Positions 10,681 through 20,436 of a stretch of DNA of 64,000 bases are shown here, one piece after another. Source of the stretch: an uncultured Nitrososphaerales archaeon. GTDB taxonomy: Archaea; Thermoproteota; Nitrososphaeria; Nitrososphaerales; Nitrososphaeraceae. The notes under the pieces are model-generated. The model was given only the letters and a program-made list of their open reading frames with translations, searched no databases and was not told the DNA's origin. The DNA lies in the NCBI GenBank assembly GCA_963695855.1, contig CAVOHZ010000003.1, positions 384,001 through 448,000 on the forward strand. Reading direction: 5' to 3'. Position 1 is the stretch's first letter; each line of letters begins with the position of its first letter. The position numbers and the translations under genes were made by a program.

Positions 10681-11052
10681 ATGATGTATGTACTAGTTTT
10701 TATAGACGAAATTAACGGATTTATGCCGAAATCCTTCCATGACAGACTCAATGCAGTCTAGGAACAGATTATGAAAACATTAATTGCTGGAAAATCACGA
10801 GATACCATATTATTTTCAGGTCAGCAATTTAAGAGTCAAACCGATTACAGACTGCAAGAAAATATTGGGTTACATATAATAGCAAAACTTGGCGATTCGG
10901 AATTGTGCAAACAACCATATTCAATGATTGATAAAAGTACCAAGACAAATATCAGTAGATCAAATAAAGGAGAATTGGTTATGGTCGATTCATCCTTTAG
11001 ACATCCGATAAAAATCAGATTTCCTCCACAAATTTTTAAAAAACAATTTTAG
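10681..11052 (+). pseudogene. C-terminal remnant of a HerA/FtsK-like P-loop ATPase
   Basis: Frame of the 10771 ORF extends upstream through TAG(10759) to a Walker B-like YVLVFIDE, followed by GKSR..ILFSGQQ and KGE motifs. No Walker A present. Confidence 0.6.
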
Positions 11053-11789
11053 TTTTGAATTTACATCGAAAGTTGACGTACGGATTCGTAAGATTTCAAA
11101 GTATCAAGAATGATAAATCACTTTTCAATTATTAAAAAGATATCAATTTAAAATTTTATGTAGTAGTGTAGGAATTTATTGTATTTTAATTAGGCCTTGT
11201 AATCTTACAAGCGTAATTAAATAGTATTCACAACTAGGAAAATAAATAAAGTTTCATAAACAAAATTTATAAATTTTTAATTTAAACGATTCCGATCTAA
11301 ATAGGACAAGTACGTGATTCACAGGGTATGAAGATATATAATTTGTTTTGATTTGGGTTAGATTCTCCATATGCTAGAGAATTGATTTCTTGTAAATTTT
11401 GTTTATTGCTTTTTATGTAAATTATACGAAAGGATTGACACTGTTTTCATTTCGGACCGAAGGCAATTAATTCTATCAATATAAATTACCTATTTCAAAA
11501 AAACTGATATTGAGTACAAATAAATAAAAAATTTTATCATGAACGGTATAAAAAAAAATGTGGTTCGATTTAATAGATATTTGAATTATTTATCTTCGTG
11601 CAAAGATTCACTTTAACATTAGTTGAGTATATTTTTAAAATAAATTTCAATTATATTAATCTAATGATCCTTAAAATATTTAATTCATTTTTACTAATTA
11701 GAAAGTAACGACCACATATTCTAATTTTACCTTGTGAATTTCATTTTAGTATAGTTATACCTTAGTGTTCTAAAAGTGCCTTGAATTTG

Positions 11790-12023
11790 TCAACTTTTCT
11801 TTTCAAAACCTTTCAGTTCATTTGATATATTATTAAACCTGAAATTTTCAATACGATTTATCTCTTTGTCGAACCATTCTTCTACCTCTAAAGGATTCTC
11901 CTTAATTCTCGATTTTATATATTGCAACTCATCAATTCTATTGTTCTTCAACCCTTCTGCAAAAGGAAGATAAAAAGAAATAGCAGATTCTACCATCCTC
12001 TGCATAAATATTTTATTGAACAT
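11790..12023 (-). CDS. hypothetical protein
   Basis: 77-aa ATG ORF with protein-like composition; no recognised family. Confidence 0.45.
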   Translation of the reverse strand: MFNKIFMQRMVESAISFYLPFAEGLKNNRIDELQYIKSRIKENPLEVEEWFDKEINRIENFRFNNISNELKGFEKKS

Positions 12024-13398
12024 TTATTGGAACTCCTTTACAATCATTTGAAGTATCGTTGTATAAAATAAATGATTAGCCATAACATTATTTGTACAAC
12101 ATCATATAATAAGCTCAAAAAAAATGGAAATTTCAGTAAAGGTGTCTAGAATAAAATTTAGTAAGCTATATTATTCCAAATAGGAATCTCAGAAGTAATA
12201 CTAACACTATTATTCCGACAACAACTGATATTAGGGTCCAAATCATATAAATATATTAAGACTTCATAGAATATAATGATTTATATCCTTTTCTTGGAAA
12301 TTAATTACCTCGATTCTATTTTTGTTGATACTCGATGTAGAATTAGAATGAAAAACAGGATGAAGCAAATATGTTTACCTTCTAATGTTATGTAATCGAG
12401 CAGATAATACAAATCGAGAGATGTCGAGAAAATGTCTGTCTTTGACAGCCTTAAACCCTAATAAGGTATGATGTCTAGAATGTTTCCAACCTACCAAAAG
12501 TGGCAAGGGATACTTCAAATGTTTTTCGCAAATGGATTACCATTTGGGGTATTTATTAACTGTAATATATTGTTATAGTAAAAAATCGTATTACATAAAT
12601 AATTTTATCATCTGTATATTCTGTAGATTTTCATTTAATGGTCAATTAGTATCAAGGAATTCAAGCCTGATGTTGTCAAGGGATTATGTTACGATAAATA
12701 TCATTTACTTGCAAGCACATTTTTTGTACAAATTCCTATTGGAATCGAGGTTCGTTCTCCTACATTTACGGTTTTCGATAGTGCTTTAATTATGAATTTC
12801 CCGAGATTGGATAATCTTATTTGAGGTCTGCCAGTCGTCATGATTATCTAAAGTCTTTTTATTACTATTGTTATATTAACAATTACAGGAAGCCTTCACT
12901 ATAGTGATTAATTTTGTTATTTGTTTTATTAAATATTACATTCATATATTATACACATGTTATTGTTGTAATATTTGATTTTCCAAGTCCTGAACTCTAT
13001 TGCCTTAACCGTTAACAAATTTACATTTCCATTACATGCTTATTTACATTCAATCTCATAGCTATAACCAATGATAGTTAATATTGATTTTATGATCCGT
13101 TAACGGTTATTTTCGAGGAGTACTAATATTATTTTGCTTTACATTTTATTCCAATTCCCTTAAAGATATATCCTTGATTTGGTTTTTATAATTCTGCTGA
13201 ATATATTCCCGTTTTAAATTTGATCCCTCACTCTTGATGGTAAGTTAAGTCTCTAATCTTTTATCAACATTATTCTATCCATTTATCACAAATATAGAAA
13301 TGGATTTAGCTTTGTCATTACATCTTTCAACATGTGCCAAATACCCCTGTTAGGCTTGAATTATCTACTGTACACAAAAAAAAGAACTAGTTTCATTC

Positions 13399-13899
13399 AT
13401 GAAGAGTACTCATGATAAAGAGGAATACAGAAGAGCGTCTGCTATAAAGCAAAAGACAGAAGGAATACCTTATAGAACAATAGCCAGAAATGTTGGTGTC
13501 AATTATCGTAATGTGTATGACTGGATTAACAATTACAGAAAACATGGTCTGGATGGAATAAGAAATAAGAGAAAGAATGGAGGTAGAAAACCAGTAATAT
13601 CTACCGACAAAAACAAAGAGATGGTAAAAGACATAGTACTAAACAAGTCTCCTAAAACATTTGGTTATCTCAAAAATACATGGAGTATTAGGCTATTGGC
13701 TACGTATCTTTCCTCACTATTAGAAATGAATGTCAGTCCAATGCAAACATGGAGGATTATTCAAGATTTAGGCATAGCATACAAACAGCCAAAACTTGAA
13801 CTAGAAAAAGGAGAGGATTATGAGGAAAAGAAAGGAAAGATAGAAGGGTACAAAAAGATATCGTCTGCTCTTTTAAAAAAAGATTCTAATGGGATTTGA
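13399..13899 (+). CDS. IS630 transposase orfA (HTH)
   Basis: HTH (TIARNVGVNYRNVYDW), GGRKP, TWSIRLL. The original N-terminus seems to lie upstream, out of frame through a 2-nt CA duplication near 13373. Confidence 0.85.
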   Translation: MKSTHDKEEYRRASAIKQKTEGIPYRTIARNVGVNYRNVYDWINNYRKHGLDGIRNKRKNGGRKPVISTDKNKEMVKDIVLNKSPKTFGYLKNTWSIRLLATYLSSLLEMNVSPMQTWRIIQDLGIAYKQPKLELEKGEDYEEKKGKIEGYKKISSALLKKDSNGI

Positions 13900-14383
13900 A
13901 GATGAAACATGGTTACACCTGCAACCATACATAACCAGGACATACATGAGAAGAGGAGAACAGCAAAAGATACTACACAGCGGATCTAAAAGCAAGGTCA
14001 ATGTATTCATAATACTTCTTTATCCATTAAATGGAATCAAATTCAATACAAGCAAGACAAGAAATAGCAATGATTTCATAAACCATCTAAACAGCATCAA
14101 AAGATATGTAAGAAAAAGGAACATCAAGAGATTCATACTTGTAATAGACAATGCATCATTTCATGTAAGCAAAAAGACGAAACAGTTTATAGAAAAACAA
14201 TCATACTGGCTAACTGTACTATTTCTACCAACTCGTGCACCATTCCTAAATATAGTAGAAACAAAAGTAAATAGGAATCTGAAAAAAGACATATGCGCTA
14301 ATTACAACTATGAAACAGAAGAAAATCTGTTATGTACTGTAAGAAGGTATCTTAGATCTATGGATAGTTGGCCTAAATTCTGA
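13889..14383 (+). CDS. IS630 transposase orfB (DDE_3 catalytic domain)
   Basis: FEDET, VIDNASFH, FLPTRAPFLNIVE catalytic motifs; probably fused to orfA by -1 frameshift. Confidence 0.88.
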   Translation: MGFEDETWLHLQPYITRTYMRRGEQQKILHSGSKSKVNVFIILLYPLNGIKFNTSKTRNSNDFINHLNSIKRYVRKRNIKRFILVIDNASFHVSKKTKQFIEKQSYWLTVLFLPTRAPFLNIVETKVNRNLKKDICANYNYETEENLLCTVRRYLRSMDSWPKF

Positions 14384-14620
14384 TACTTAACTTAGGATAG
14401 AATCTCATATGCTTATGTACAAAGTCATTTATTTATATCACACTATACTTTGGTTATAACCCGTATCATATACCAATGACAATTTTTAATTATGCAAAAA
14501 TTAGTAGCACGGAGACTACATTTGTTTTTCATATTATTCCATAAAAGAGACACCATATAAGCTATACTCATTAAAAGTGATTCTAAAAGTATAAAAAGTA
14601 TAAGGTACATATATAATCAT

Positions 14621-14911
14621 ATGATTCCAACTAGTATTTTTTTTAGTCTTTTAATTTTAATTGCTTCCGTATTAGGTTCAAATACAATTTATGCACAATC
14701 CGATAACAGCACTTCTGAACAAATCAAAAGTACTGCAGAACAGATAAAAGATTTGGCCTCGAAGGTCGCTAATAATACCAGCAATGATATTGATACAGAA
14801 CAAGCAAAAAAAATCCTTATTCAGTTAGGAGATGCAGCAAGAAAAATAGCGTTAGGTGGAGCGGATGTCTTGTCTAATATAAGTGCCGAGATTAAGTCTG
14901 GGCTAAAATAA
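14621..14911 (+). CDS. small secreted helical hypothetical protein
   Basis: Signal peptide ending IYAQ, followed by an Ala/Lys/Gln-rich amphipathic region. Confidence 0.7.
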   Translation: MIPTSIFFSLLILIASVLGSNTIYAQSDNSTSEQIKSTAEQIKDLASKVANNTSNDIDTEQAKKILIQLGDAARKIALGGADVLSNISAEIKSGLK

Positions 14912-15814
14912 ATAATTTTTTAAATTAATCTAAGAAAGACAATAAAAAAATCTTGTATTTATAAAGATTCCAATAACATTATAGGCAAGCGAGCGGACCA
15001 TATATGAATATTCCAAAAAATATAAGATCTATTTCATGTACCCAAAGATCTGTAATGACCATTTATAATCTGAAGTAAAAAACAAATTGTCCGATTTATT
15101 ATTTTGTTCTATTTGCAATATAAATATTTATTCATCGTATTTAAACCAAATCTTTAACAAGTATTTTTTCAAAACTGCTATTTTATTTTAGAGCTGATAT
15201 AATGGTATTGTGATATATTCTTTTATATTTTATGAGAAACCTCAGTATAATAAATTCTCCACATTTTGATATTCAATTTGGTAGCAAAGAGCAGATTTTT
15301 AAATTGAAGAATGAAGATTATACTCAAGGAAATTTAGTCGATGCATATCTAGACAAGAAAATCAAATGACTAATGAATAAATTGAATTCATTAAATTGAT
15401 CATCTTATAATGATTTAACATATTATAATGATTCTATGACAACATCGATAAAGATAGTACAATGAATTAAATATAAAAATGTAAATAGAACGTTATTTAG
15501 ATAACCGAAATTATACACAGTCATAATGAATTTTCAATTACTCAGAGATTGAAAAAATAATATAGAATTGATACAGATATAGTTCTTGATAATATATCCA
15601 CATGCAATGAATGAAATATCAATCTTGAATCAATTAAATAAAGGCTGGTAGTAATTTAACTTCACGGTGGTCAGGCCTCAAGTCTTAAAATGAATTTTAG
15701 AATACTTCGAGTCTTACTTGTAATTACTATATTCGTGTATATTGTGAGCATTAGAATTGTATTCATATGAATTCATTAATAAAATTTTGGAAGATAGATA
15801 GTATGGCGTTAAAT

Positions 15815-16387
15815 TCATTTCTCTACAAGAGATGAAGTGAATTTTACTGGCGCAATGACTTCATTTATCGTACTATTTGCAGGAACAATCTTGTCTACTA
15901 AAACAGTAAGATTTCCTCTATATTCATTAAAGTTGACATCATAAAATCCTCGTCCACTTAGTGCTGATTGATTGATTTTCTTCCATATCTCATTACCTTT
16001 AGAGTCGTAAATAATTATATTAAAATTTTTAATCGGAACTACTCTCTCCAATGTTGACGGAACTGACAACCCCGAACTTGCAAATGTATCTCCAGTGTTA
16101 TTTGATTCCATTGGAGATATAGTTTTTGTGGTATGTTCTGGCAGTGTTCCATTCAAAAAAGCTATTTCTATTGGAAAATTATTTATATCATGAGAAGGAG
16201 ACGATTTCAATTCAATATTAAGAATATTATCTGTTGAATTCTTTTCTAAAACCGGTGACTTTAGCTCCCACATCTCTACATTTTCTGATCCGGCAAAAGC
16301 AGAATACAAGATAAACGTAGACCACAATACAAATACACTCAAAATAGACATAAAAATATCGACCTCATGTAAATTAACATTCAACAT
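15815..16387 (-). CDS. secreted/surface hypothetical protein
   Basis: N-terminal hydrophobic stretch ending AFA, then a Ser/Thr/Asn-rich domain. Confidence 0.7.
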   Translation of the reverse strand: MLNVNLHEVDIFMSILSVFVLWSTFILYSAFAGSENVEMWELKSPVLEKNSTDNILNIELKSSPSHDINNFPIEIAFLNGTLPEHTTKTISPMESNNTGDTFASSGLSVPSTLERVVPIKNFNIIIYDSKGNEIWKKINQSALSGRGFYDVNFNEYRGNLTVLVDKIVPANSTINEVIAPVKFTSSLVEK

Positions 16388-16875
16388 TCGATATAACCAT
16401 TACAGTTATTAGATAATTTTTGCCAGATATGCTCACGTATATAGATTATTACATAGCTATAAGAATATACATCTAGTATTCCAAATATTGACGGAGGCCT
16501 AAAATTGTGCATGCAAATCAATCATCATTTATGCCGGGATCGATTTCTCGATGATATTCCAATTAAATGTAAGGAAACAGTAATCCAAAATATATAAAAT
16601 TTGGAACTTTTTGTCATCTTTTTAAGAAAAAATGCGTTTTGTAATTTTAATATAATTTTTATGAGTCGCTTTTTTTAAAAAATACATATGTTTTTAGTTC
16701 TTTCGTTCTTATTTTCAGTCTTTCACATACTTGTACTAACACATTTCCAGGAATCACTTCTTTCTTGTTTTGGTTTGAATTGGGGATACCCAGAACATTT
16801 GCTTTCAAATGACCTTATTCGTAATTGTTATAACATATTTAAATGATTAGACCTAATTCAGTTTACCCATAAAAA

Positions 16876-16951
16876 TAGTCCAAGTTTTGACTCCGTTCCT
16901 TGTGACTAGGGGAGAAGGCAAGCCAAACACGGAGTTGGCTAAGGCCTTCTC
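16876..16951 (-). ncRNA. candidate small RNA with two hairpins and complementary (kissing) loops
   Basis: Hairpin GAGAAGGC/GCCTTCTC with inner AGCCAA/TTGGCT and loop ACACGGAG; adjacent hairpin TAGTCCAAG/CTTGTGACTA whose loop contains CTCCGT. A U5 tract follows on the minus strand. Confidence 0.45.
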
Positions 16952-17030
16952 TTAAAATTAAATATCTGTTCGTGAACAATTCGAAGGAATAAAACTAAAA
17001 TTTAAAATCTGCATATTATACTCAATAACA

Positions 17031-17572
17031 TTAGTTCGTAGACCTTAAGAGATATTTTGTTATGTCTAGTTGGAATCTTTTGGTTCTATAATACCTTGTT
17101 ATTGTATATTTGAGATTCTTGAAATTGGAGTAGTAATTAGATAGAATGTAATACTTACCTTGTCTCCAGCATTCTTCTACTGCATTAAATTCAGGAGAAC
17201 CAACAGGAAAATATTCCAGTCTGATGGTATCCTTATTAGTATCAAGAAATCTTCTTGTAATCTTTGAACAGTGAGGTGTAGCTCTATCAACAAATATGAT
17301 GTATTTACCAAATCTTTTCTGTACATGTTTTAGATAATCAACAAATGTATTGCTGTTAAATTTATCATATTGTTTGACTAACTGTTTACCATCGAAAGAT
17401 AGACTGCCAAAAACAATAGTTTTCTTACGAGAACCAGTAACTGTAACTATCGGTCTTTTTCCTGCAGAAATCCATTTCTTTCTTCTTATCAGATAATCAT
17501 ATACAAAGATGGATTCATCCTGTACAAGTACAGTCCAATCTGATTTTAAATTGGCTAGAATCTGTTTTACTC
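17031..17572 (-). CDS. IS630 transposase orfB (DDE), no own start codon, reached by -1 frameshift
   Basis: Hand translation is open: RVKQILANLKSDWTVLVQDESIF...IFVDRATPHCSK...YFPVGSPEFNAVEECW...YLLRSTN*. Not in the ORF track. Confidence 0.85.
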
Positions 17573-18019
17573 TTTTTTGAATTTCTTTTTATCCTTTATT
17601 GAAGCAGTATTTACAAATCTTTTTTGTGGTACTTTAGGTTGGAAGCCCCATTTGTGTAATAGACGATAAATATGTACCTCATGATATCTGACTCCAGTTT
17701 TATTGTATATTAAATCCATTACCTGTCTGAAATCCCATCCCGTATTACTATCTGTTAGTTCTTTTTGTATCTTTACCATTATCTCTTTTGGTACATCTGG
17801 AGGTCTACCACTTCTTTCCCTATCTTTCAATCCATCTAATCCATCTTCGTTATATCTTTTGTACCACTTGTAAGCCCATGCTCTGGATCTATGCAATTCT
17901 TTTGCTACATTTACGATATGTTGATTGTCTTCTACTATACGTCTAACAAGAAATATTCTTTCCTTTACATCTGCATCTTTTTCTCTATTATATGCTACAT
18001 CTAGTTTAGACGTTCTCAA
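17567..18019 (-). CDS. IS630 transposase orfA (HTH)
   Basis: VAKELHRSRAWAYKWYKRY, RSGRPP, LLHKWGF; ends at AAAAAAG slippery site. Confidence 0.9.
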   Translation of the reverse strand: MRTSKLDVAYNREKDADVKERIFLVRRIVEDNQHIVNVAKELHRSRAWAYKWYKRYNEDGLDGLKDRERSGRPPDVPKEIMVKIQKELTDSNTGWDFRQVMDLIYNKTGVRYHEVHIYRLLHKWGFQPKVPQKRFVNTASIKDKKKFKKE

Positions 18020-18253
18020 TTATTGAATGTCTATAGATAACAGTTAGCTAAAAGTATATCTACGAAGTTTAGTCAGTCAGTATAGTTTCTATCATATTAT
18101 TCTTAAAGACGGATTGGGAAACGAATTTTACTTCAAATTAGATCACAATATAATTCGAGAAGATTATAATATATTAATCGTTTTAAATCCTTTCAAGTAT
18201 AACAAATTAACAATAATGTATTTTTGAATAAAATATTAAATTAAAAAAAATGC

Positions 18254-18451
18254 TTAAACAGAATCCCTATCGGATTCTGTTTCATCTACTGTTTCAGCAG
18301 CCTCTGCTCTCAAATTCTCTGCCGGTCCAGTAGTCGAAGGATCAGACTCTGCTGCTCCTACGTCGTTTTGATCATCTTGAATCGAATCTAAATCTTCCTC
18401 TTTTTTAAATCTCTTATCCTTGTTGTTGTTTTCAGAATATATATCACTCAT
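18254..18451 (-). CDS. small acidic hydrophilic (hydrophilin-like) protein
   Basis: 65 aa, very D/E/N/S-rich, almost no hydrophobic core; TATA-like TTTTATAA about 25 nt upstream. Confidence 0.7.
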   Translation of the reverse strand: MSDIYSENNNKDKRFKKEEDLDSIQDDQNDVGAAESDPSTTGPAENLRAEAAETVDETESDRDSV

Positions 18452-18640
18452 TGATATTATATATGCAACAAAGGTTATAAAGTTGATATGAATATCTGAC
18501 TAAATAACCTACTAATTAATATTAGATGAAATAAATTGATGGATGAATTATTCAATCATCCATTTTTAAATAATAAATTTGTTCTAAAAAAAATAGGATA
18601 TTACATTTCTACAGAGAACGACTGAGTTAATCAATATAGA

Positions 18641-19651
18641 TTATTCATCTAACAATAATTGAAGCTCTGTAGGTGAAGGTTCCGTTTTTCTTTCGTATTT
18701 TGCTGCTAACAATGTGGATGGCAATTTTACCCAAATATAACTACCATCATAATTCTCAATATGTTTTTTTGGGATATAATACATGTGAACATTCACAACT
18801 CCATCTCTTACTACTATGACATCGTTGGCTACCCGGTCCACATCGCCTACGTCAATATCGTCACTTGCTCTCACTTTTTTATGTATAACCTCTTCCCAAG
18901 GCACATTTAACAATTCCTTCGATTTGGATTCGCTTTGTACTTCAATGCCGGGCTCTTTTGCCATAAATGGTATTAACTCGGGAGAATCACCTTTGTCATA
19001 TAACAAATCAGATTCTAGAGGAGGACTCTCTCTTTCATATTTTGATTCAATTTCATCCTTAAAAAGAGATGAGTATACATGTTGGCCATCATATTCTTTA
19101 AGATATTTTTTTGGAATAAAATACCTATTCTTGTGTACTAATCCATCTTCAACTTCAACAAAATGTTGCGCAACACTCTTGATTTTTCCGACCTTCTTAT
19201 TATCACTGGATTTTACTTCTTTATCCAATAGTTCTGCCCAACTCACACCCATCATCTCTTCTTTTGATAATGACTTTCCACTATCAGTGTTCAAATTTTC
19301 TGTTTTTTCGTAGCGTGGGTAAATTCCTTCGTTGAATTTAGGATATTTTTCATCAACATACGCCTTTCTTTCTTGGTATGAAACATCATCATTAAAGACT
19401 TCAGATGGAGGAGCTTCGTCTTGGTTTACAAATTTTTCTTTAACCTCATTCTCTGTTAAAGAAATCCAAACATCATCACCGTCATAACTGTCAAAATAAT
19501 ACTTCGGTATAAAAAAATGGTCTTTTCCCATTGTTCCCTTTTCGACCTCAACAAAATGATTTAATACATTTTTTATCTTTCCTAAATCTTTATCATCAAC
19601 AGATTTAATTTTTTTGTCTTTCGCTTTTTCCCAAGAAAGAGTGACTACCAA
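18641..19651 (-). CDS. protein with three tandem PRC-barrel-like (DUF2171-like) repeats
   Basis: Three repeats of W..xxxKxV.SxDxxxxGxxxxV...xVxxG......YxIPKxxxxxYDG..V. Confidence 0.8.
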   Translation of the reverse strand: MVVTLSWEKAKDKKIKSVDDKDLGKIKNVLNHFVEVEKGTMGKDHFFIPKYYFDSYDGDDVWISLTENEVKEKFVNQDEAPPSEVFNDDVSYQERKAYVDEKYPKFNEGIYPRYEKTENLNTDSGKSLSKEEMMGVSWAELLDKEVKSSDNKKVGKIKSVAQHFVEVEDGLVHKNRYFIPKKYLKEYDGQHVYSSLFKDEIESKYERESPPLESDLLYDKGDSPELIPFMAKEPGIEVQSESKSKELLNVPWEEVIHKKVRASDDIDVGDVDRVANDVIVVRDGVVNVHMYYIPKKHIENYDGSYIWVKLPSTLLAAKYERKTEPSPTELQLLLDE

Positions 19652-19763
19652 TTTATCTGATCTTAATAATGCAACATATCATATATTAGTTTAAGAATTA
19701 GGATATTATCTTTCTCATGCATTCAATAAATTAAGCCTTATATCCTTTGTGGAACAATAAACA

Positions 19764-20198
19764 TTGTACATGAATAAAGATAATTCTGTTTCTGGTCCTA
19801 CAATATTATGGGGGGAAATAAAGGATCATAAAGTAAAATCTATAGATGGTAAAGATATGGGAAAAATTAAGGTCATTTCTCAAAATCACTTTATGGTAGA
19901 AAAAGGACTTACCAAAAAGACCAAATTCTGGATTCCAAAATTTCTGGCCGATGTATACGATGGTCAATGCCTATGGTTAAACGTAGAAAAAAAAGACATA
20001 ATTGATGCTTTTTATTATGACAAAGAACCTGAAAAAATACGACATCAAAAAGACCTATCTAGCTTCAACACAAAATATGGCTTTAATAAATCAATCGATT
20101 CAGATGAAAAGATACCTATTGGAAGAAATAAAGATTCGTCTGTTACTCAACAACGTGCATCAAAACAGCACTATAAGAATATTAGGGATCTAAAATAG
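19764..20198 (+). CDS. single PRC-barrel-like domain protein, paralog of 18641..19651
   Basis: WGEIKDHKVKSIDGKDMGKIK...EKG...FWIPKFLADVYDG; divergently transcribed from the triple-repeat gene. Confidence 0.8.
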   Translation: MYMNKDNSVSGPTILWGEIKDHKVKSIDGKDMGKIKVISQNHFMVEKGLTKKTKFWIPKFLADVYDGQCLWLNVEKKDIIDAFYYDKEPEKIRHQKDLSSFNTKYGFNKSIDSDEKIPIGRNKDSSVTQQRASKQHYKNIRDLK

Positions 20199-20436
20199 AA
20201 TTAGACATTAAAATATAATAAAATTTTGTTTGTTCTAACCTGTTGTTTTATCGTATACTAAATTTATTCATGCTAATTCATCAGTTCAATTAACTTAAAG
20301 AACATAAATTAACTTTGATTGGTTAATACGATCGTTTTGTTATTTTCTTATTTCATTGAAATATATGAATAAAATTTCTCTTTTTTAAAAAAGTCTATAC
20401 TATATAATTTAATTCGATGTTTTGTTCAATATAAAA

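Larger units (their letters stand above)
13272..14403 (+). mobile_element. IS630-family insertion sequence (orfA/orfB)
   Basis: Short inverted ends ATTCTATCC/GGATAGAAT (boundaries approximate); HTH orfA and DDE orfB overlap near an A7G run (13875-13882). Confidence 0.85.
17017..18084 (-). mobile_element. IS630-family insertion sequence
   Basis: Imperfect ~25-bp TIRs TATACTCAATAACATTAGTTCGTAG vs revcomp TATACTGACTGACTAAACTTCGTAG with TA ends; orfA plus orfB. Confidence 0.9.
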
